Program-made: the position numbers and the translations under genes
Origin: Macrostomum lignano
Lineage: Eukaryota
Length of the DNA: 64,000 bases
Direction: 5' to 3'
NCBI GenBank assembly: GCA_002269645.1
Contig: NIVC01000016.1
Coordinates: forward strand, 1-64,000
The notes under the pieces: model-generated
The model's database searches: none
Seen by the model: the letters and a program-made list of their open reading frames with translations, nothing else
What the model was told of the DNA's origin: nothing
Shown here: piece after piece, positions 61,201 to 64,000 of the stretch
Position numbering within the stretch: the stretch's first letter is position 1
How the letters are laid out: each line of letters opens with the position of its first letter

Positions 61201-63796
61201 ATCTGGCCAGACCCCAGCCCTCCCGTTGCTTCGGTTGAGGAGCGGCAGAATTCCAGTAATTGAAGAATAAATTTTGCAAAGCTCTGGGGTCAGTCTGCGC
61301 GACTGGTCGCTAATCTCTTTCTACCCAGAAAATCTGCTGTCTGTTTTAGAGATTGAGCTCATTGGTCTGCAGTTTAAATGGTTTCTGCAAAAATTGAGCC
61401 AGGATTGATGCTCACTGATTAACTGCCCCGGAGTTCGAAGAAGTTACAGCTCACAGTGTTACAAAGAGCGGTTAACACAGCCCAGCCCACAAAGAACAAC
61501 CCACACAGCCCAGCCCACGCAGCCCAATCCACGAAGAACAATACACACAGCCCAACCCACGAAAAACAACCCACACAGCCAAACAAACACAGACCAGCCC
61601 ACACAGCCCAATCCAAACAGCCAAACCCACAAGGAACAACCCACACAGCCAAAACCACACAGCCAAACCCGCAAAGAATAACCCACACAGCCAAACCCAC
61701 AAAGAATAACCCACACAGCCAAACTCACACAGACCAACCCACACAGCCAAACCCACACAGCCAAACCCGCAAAGAATAACCCACACAGCCAAACCCACAA
61801 AGAATAACCCACACAGCCAAACTCACACAGACCAACCCACACAGCCAAACCCACACAGCCAAACCCGCAAAGAATAACCCACACAGCCAAACCCACAAAG
61901 AATAACCCACACAGCCAAACCCACACAGACCAACCCACACAGCCAAACCCACACAGCCAAACCCGCAAAGAATAACCCACACAGCCAAACCCACAAAGAA
62001 TAACCCACACAGCCAAACCCACACAGACCAACCCACACAGCCCAACCCACAAAGAATAACCCACACAGCCAAACCCACACAGACCAACCCACACAGCCAA
62101 ACCCACACAGCCAAACCCACAAAGAATGACCCACACAGACCAACCCACAAAGAATAACCCACACAGCCAAACCCACAAAGAATAACCCACACAGCCAAAC
62201 CCACACAGACCAACCCACACAGCCCAACCCACAAAGAATAACCCACAAAGAATAACCCACACAGCCAAACCCGCAAAGAATAACCCACACAGCCAAACCC
62301 ACACAGCCAAACCCACACAGCCAAACCCACACAGCCAAACCCACACAGCCAAACCCACACAGCCAAACCCACAAAGAATAACCCACACAGCCAAACCCAC
62401 ACAGACCAACCCACACAGCCCAACCCACAAAGAACAACCCACAAAGAATAACCCACACAGCCAAACCCACACAGACCAACCCACACAGCCCAACCCACAA
62501 AGAACAACCCACAAAGAATAACCCACACAGCCAAACCCACACAGCCAAACCCACACAGCCAAACCCGCAAAGAATAACCCACACAGCCTAACCCACAAAG
62601 AACAACCCACGCAGTCGAACCCACCTTTCTTTTGTTCTCCTCCCTGGCCTGAGTTCCGGACTGGGGCGCTCCGCCAACGGCGCCCTCTTCGCCAGGCGCC
62701 GGCCGCATGAGCGCCCTGATGATGGCGCCAGAGGTGAAGATCACCACGGCCAGCGGGCAGAGGAACAGCAGAGCGAATGACGTCATCACATAGGCGGTGC
62801 GGCCGGCCTGGCTGAAGCTGTCCAGGCAGTGCTGATTGCGCAGGCTGCCGTAACGGCTGGAGCCGTGAAATGGCACCGCGGCAGGGTGGAAGGCCTGCAC
62901 CAGGCAGAATGCGGACGGCAGACTCCAAGTGAGCAGGATGAAGAGGCCGGTGCGACTGCGCGACTGGAACATCAGGCTGCGCAGCGGGTGCACGATAGCC
63001 AGGAAGCTGCGTGGGCGAAGAGGCGCGGAAAGTCACGTGATCAGCGATCAGCGATGCCAAGTTAGGTGCCTGTCTGAGTGATGCCTAATTAGGTGTCTGT
63101 CTGACTTAGTGATGCCTGATTAGGTGTCTGTCTCACTCAGTGGTGCCTAATTAGGTGTCTGTCTCAGTGATGCTTAATTAGGTGTCTGTCTCAGCGATGC
63201 CTGATTATAGTTGGGGGAGGGGGGGCAGATTTCCCTCACCGCTCCAGCGAGATGACCACCAGAGTGAGCAGGCTGGTGAACACCAGCAGCATCAGGAAGA
63301 AGGTGACCACAGCGCAGCCAAGCGAGTTGAAGATCTTGGCGGACAGCCAACAGGGTCCCAGCAGTTGGACTCCCTTCAGCGGCAGGACAATGACGGACAC
63401 GAGCAGATCCGTGATGGCCAGGTTCAGAATGTAGCAGTTGGTCACGGTCCGCATCGCCCTGTAGGCAGCTATGGACCCAATGACCAGCAGGTTGCCGACA
63501 AACATGGCCAGCCCCACGGCCACCCAGATGGCCGCCAGCGACAGTCGAAGCGATTCAATGTGCAGCAGGTCGGTGTACTCGGTGGCGTTGACGGTCAGGC
63601 AGTTGAACTCCTCCTGCATGCTGGGGGATTCCGTTTGTAGGCGAGATTGCAGAGAAGTTTGCTTGACAAGCTGCAGGACTGCAAGACAGGCTGCCTTCTG
63701 CGGCAATATTGCTTGCATATTTAAGTTAGTTGAGTGACGATCGCTTATTGGCCAGCCCTGGCATGGAAATCTATACGAAGTCCTTGGTTGTAGCAT
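58208..63796 (-). CDS. Class A (rhodopsin-like) GPCR, neuropeptide-receptor type (orexin/allatotropin/QRFP-like group; exact orthology unresolved)
   Basis: Exons 63796 (alternative in-frame ATGs at 63718 and 63619)-63240, 63006-62625 and 58612-58208 have GT-AG boundaries and phases 2,0. Motifs GNLLV, MRTVTNCYILNLAITDLL, SLER/FLAIVHPL, KRK/VAKMI...SWVP and NSTANPIVYYFMSQRFR. Confidence 0.92.
58640..59958. repeat. 23-bp intronic minisatellite (about 57 copies)
   Basis: GAATCTACCTGAGAGTGATATTC repeated; the sense (minus) strand reads TCACTCTCAG|GTAGAT. Confidence 0.97.
60430..61030. repeat. Pyrimidine-rich (CT/CCCT) low-complexity tract
   Basis: Almost pure C/T on the plus strand. Confidence 0.93.
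61475..62610. repeat. Compound 14-bp-based minisatellite, intronic
   Basis: Modules CCACACAGCCAAAC, CCACAAAGAATAAC and CCACACAGACCAAC are shuffled in tandem. Confidence 0.94.
63055..63205. repeat. About 27-bp intronic minisatellite (about 5 copies)
   Basis: TTAGGTGTCTGTCTCAGTGATGCCTAA-like units. Confidence 0.9.
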
Positions 63797-63904
63797 TCCG
63801 AACTGGAAGCTTTAGAATGCTAGTTGCCAAATTTATTGTTGATCCACTCTGTGATACCTGTGCCATCCCGTGAACACAAGTTGGACCCCCAAATTTAACC
63901 TCTC

Positions 63905-64000
63905 TGGGTTCAATGTGACTCCCCTGATCCCAATGTGACTCCCCTGACCCAGTGTGACTCCCCTGACCCCGGAGTGACTCTCCTGACCCCAATGTGACTC
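63905..64000. repeat. 20-bp minisatellite running off the window end
   Basis: CCCAATGTGACTCCCCTGAC-like units. Confidence 0.88.

Noticed and set aside
61459-63060. 533-aa and 422-aa Cys/Trp/Gly-rich minus-strand ORFs
   Set aside because: They are read-through from the true GPCR exon (63006-62625) into an intronic minisatellite. The donor AAG|GTGGG joins in frame to VAKM at 58612.

Overview
This is eukaryotic (animal) genomic DNA with spliced GC-rich exons and AT-rich, minisatellite-filled introns. The style suggests a repeat-rich invertebrate such as the flatworm Macrostomum, but that is an inference I cannot confirm. There are no prokaryotic operons, rRNA genes, tRNA genes or CRISPR arrays. 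Host genes, reconstructed by hand from GT-AG boundaries with consistent intron phases: (1) the 5' part of a J-domain (Hsp40, HPD motif) protein gene on the minus strand, 7621 to 4649, continuing out of the window; (2) an adhesion GPCR on the plus strand, with secure GAIN/GPS/7TM exons at 29126-34444 and probable signal-peptide, Cys-rich and mucin exons from 12763; (3) a Scratch-family C2H2 transcription factor on the minus strand, 45587-42096; (4) an intronless SLC22-type MFS transporter with one in-frame TGA, minus strand, 53503-51896; (5) a class A neuropeptide-receptor-like GPCR, minus strand, about 63796-58208. Mobile DNA: a complete hAT-like transposon (170-3449, perfect 17-bp TIRs) inserted in a 35-bp satellite with an apparent 3-bp target duplication; a complete P-superfamily/THAP transposon (21879-25449, 17-bp TIRs, 7-bp TSD); nested non-autonomous hAT-type elements; a CORE-SINE-like fragment; a decayed Gypsy pol; and a foldback-like inverted array. 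About 30 unrelated tandem arrays occur. Many have 20-23 bp units, several carry AG|GT splice-junction-like motifs on the host sense strand, and three share a GCGCYAAAAT core. Most long ORFs in the supplied track are translations of these arrays.
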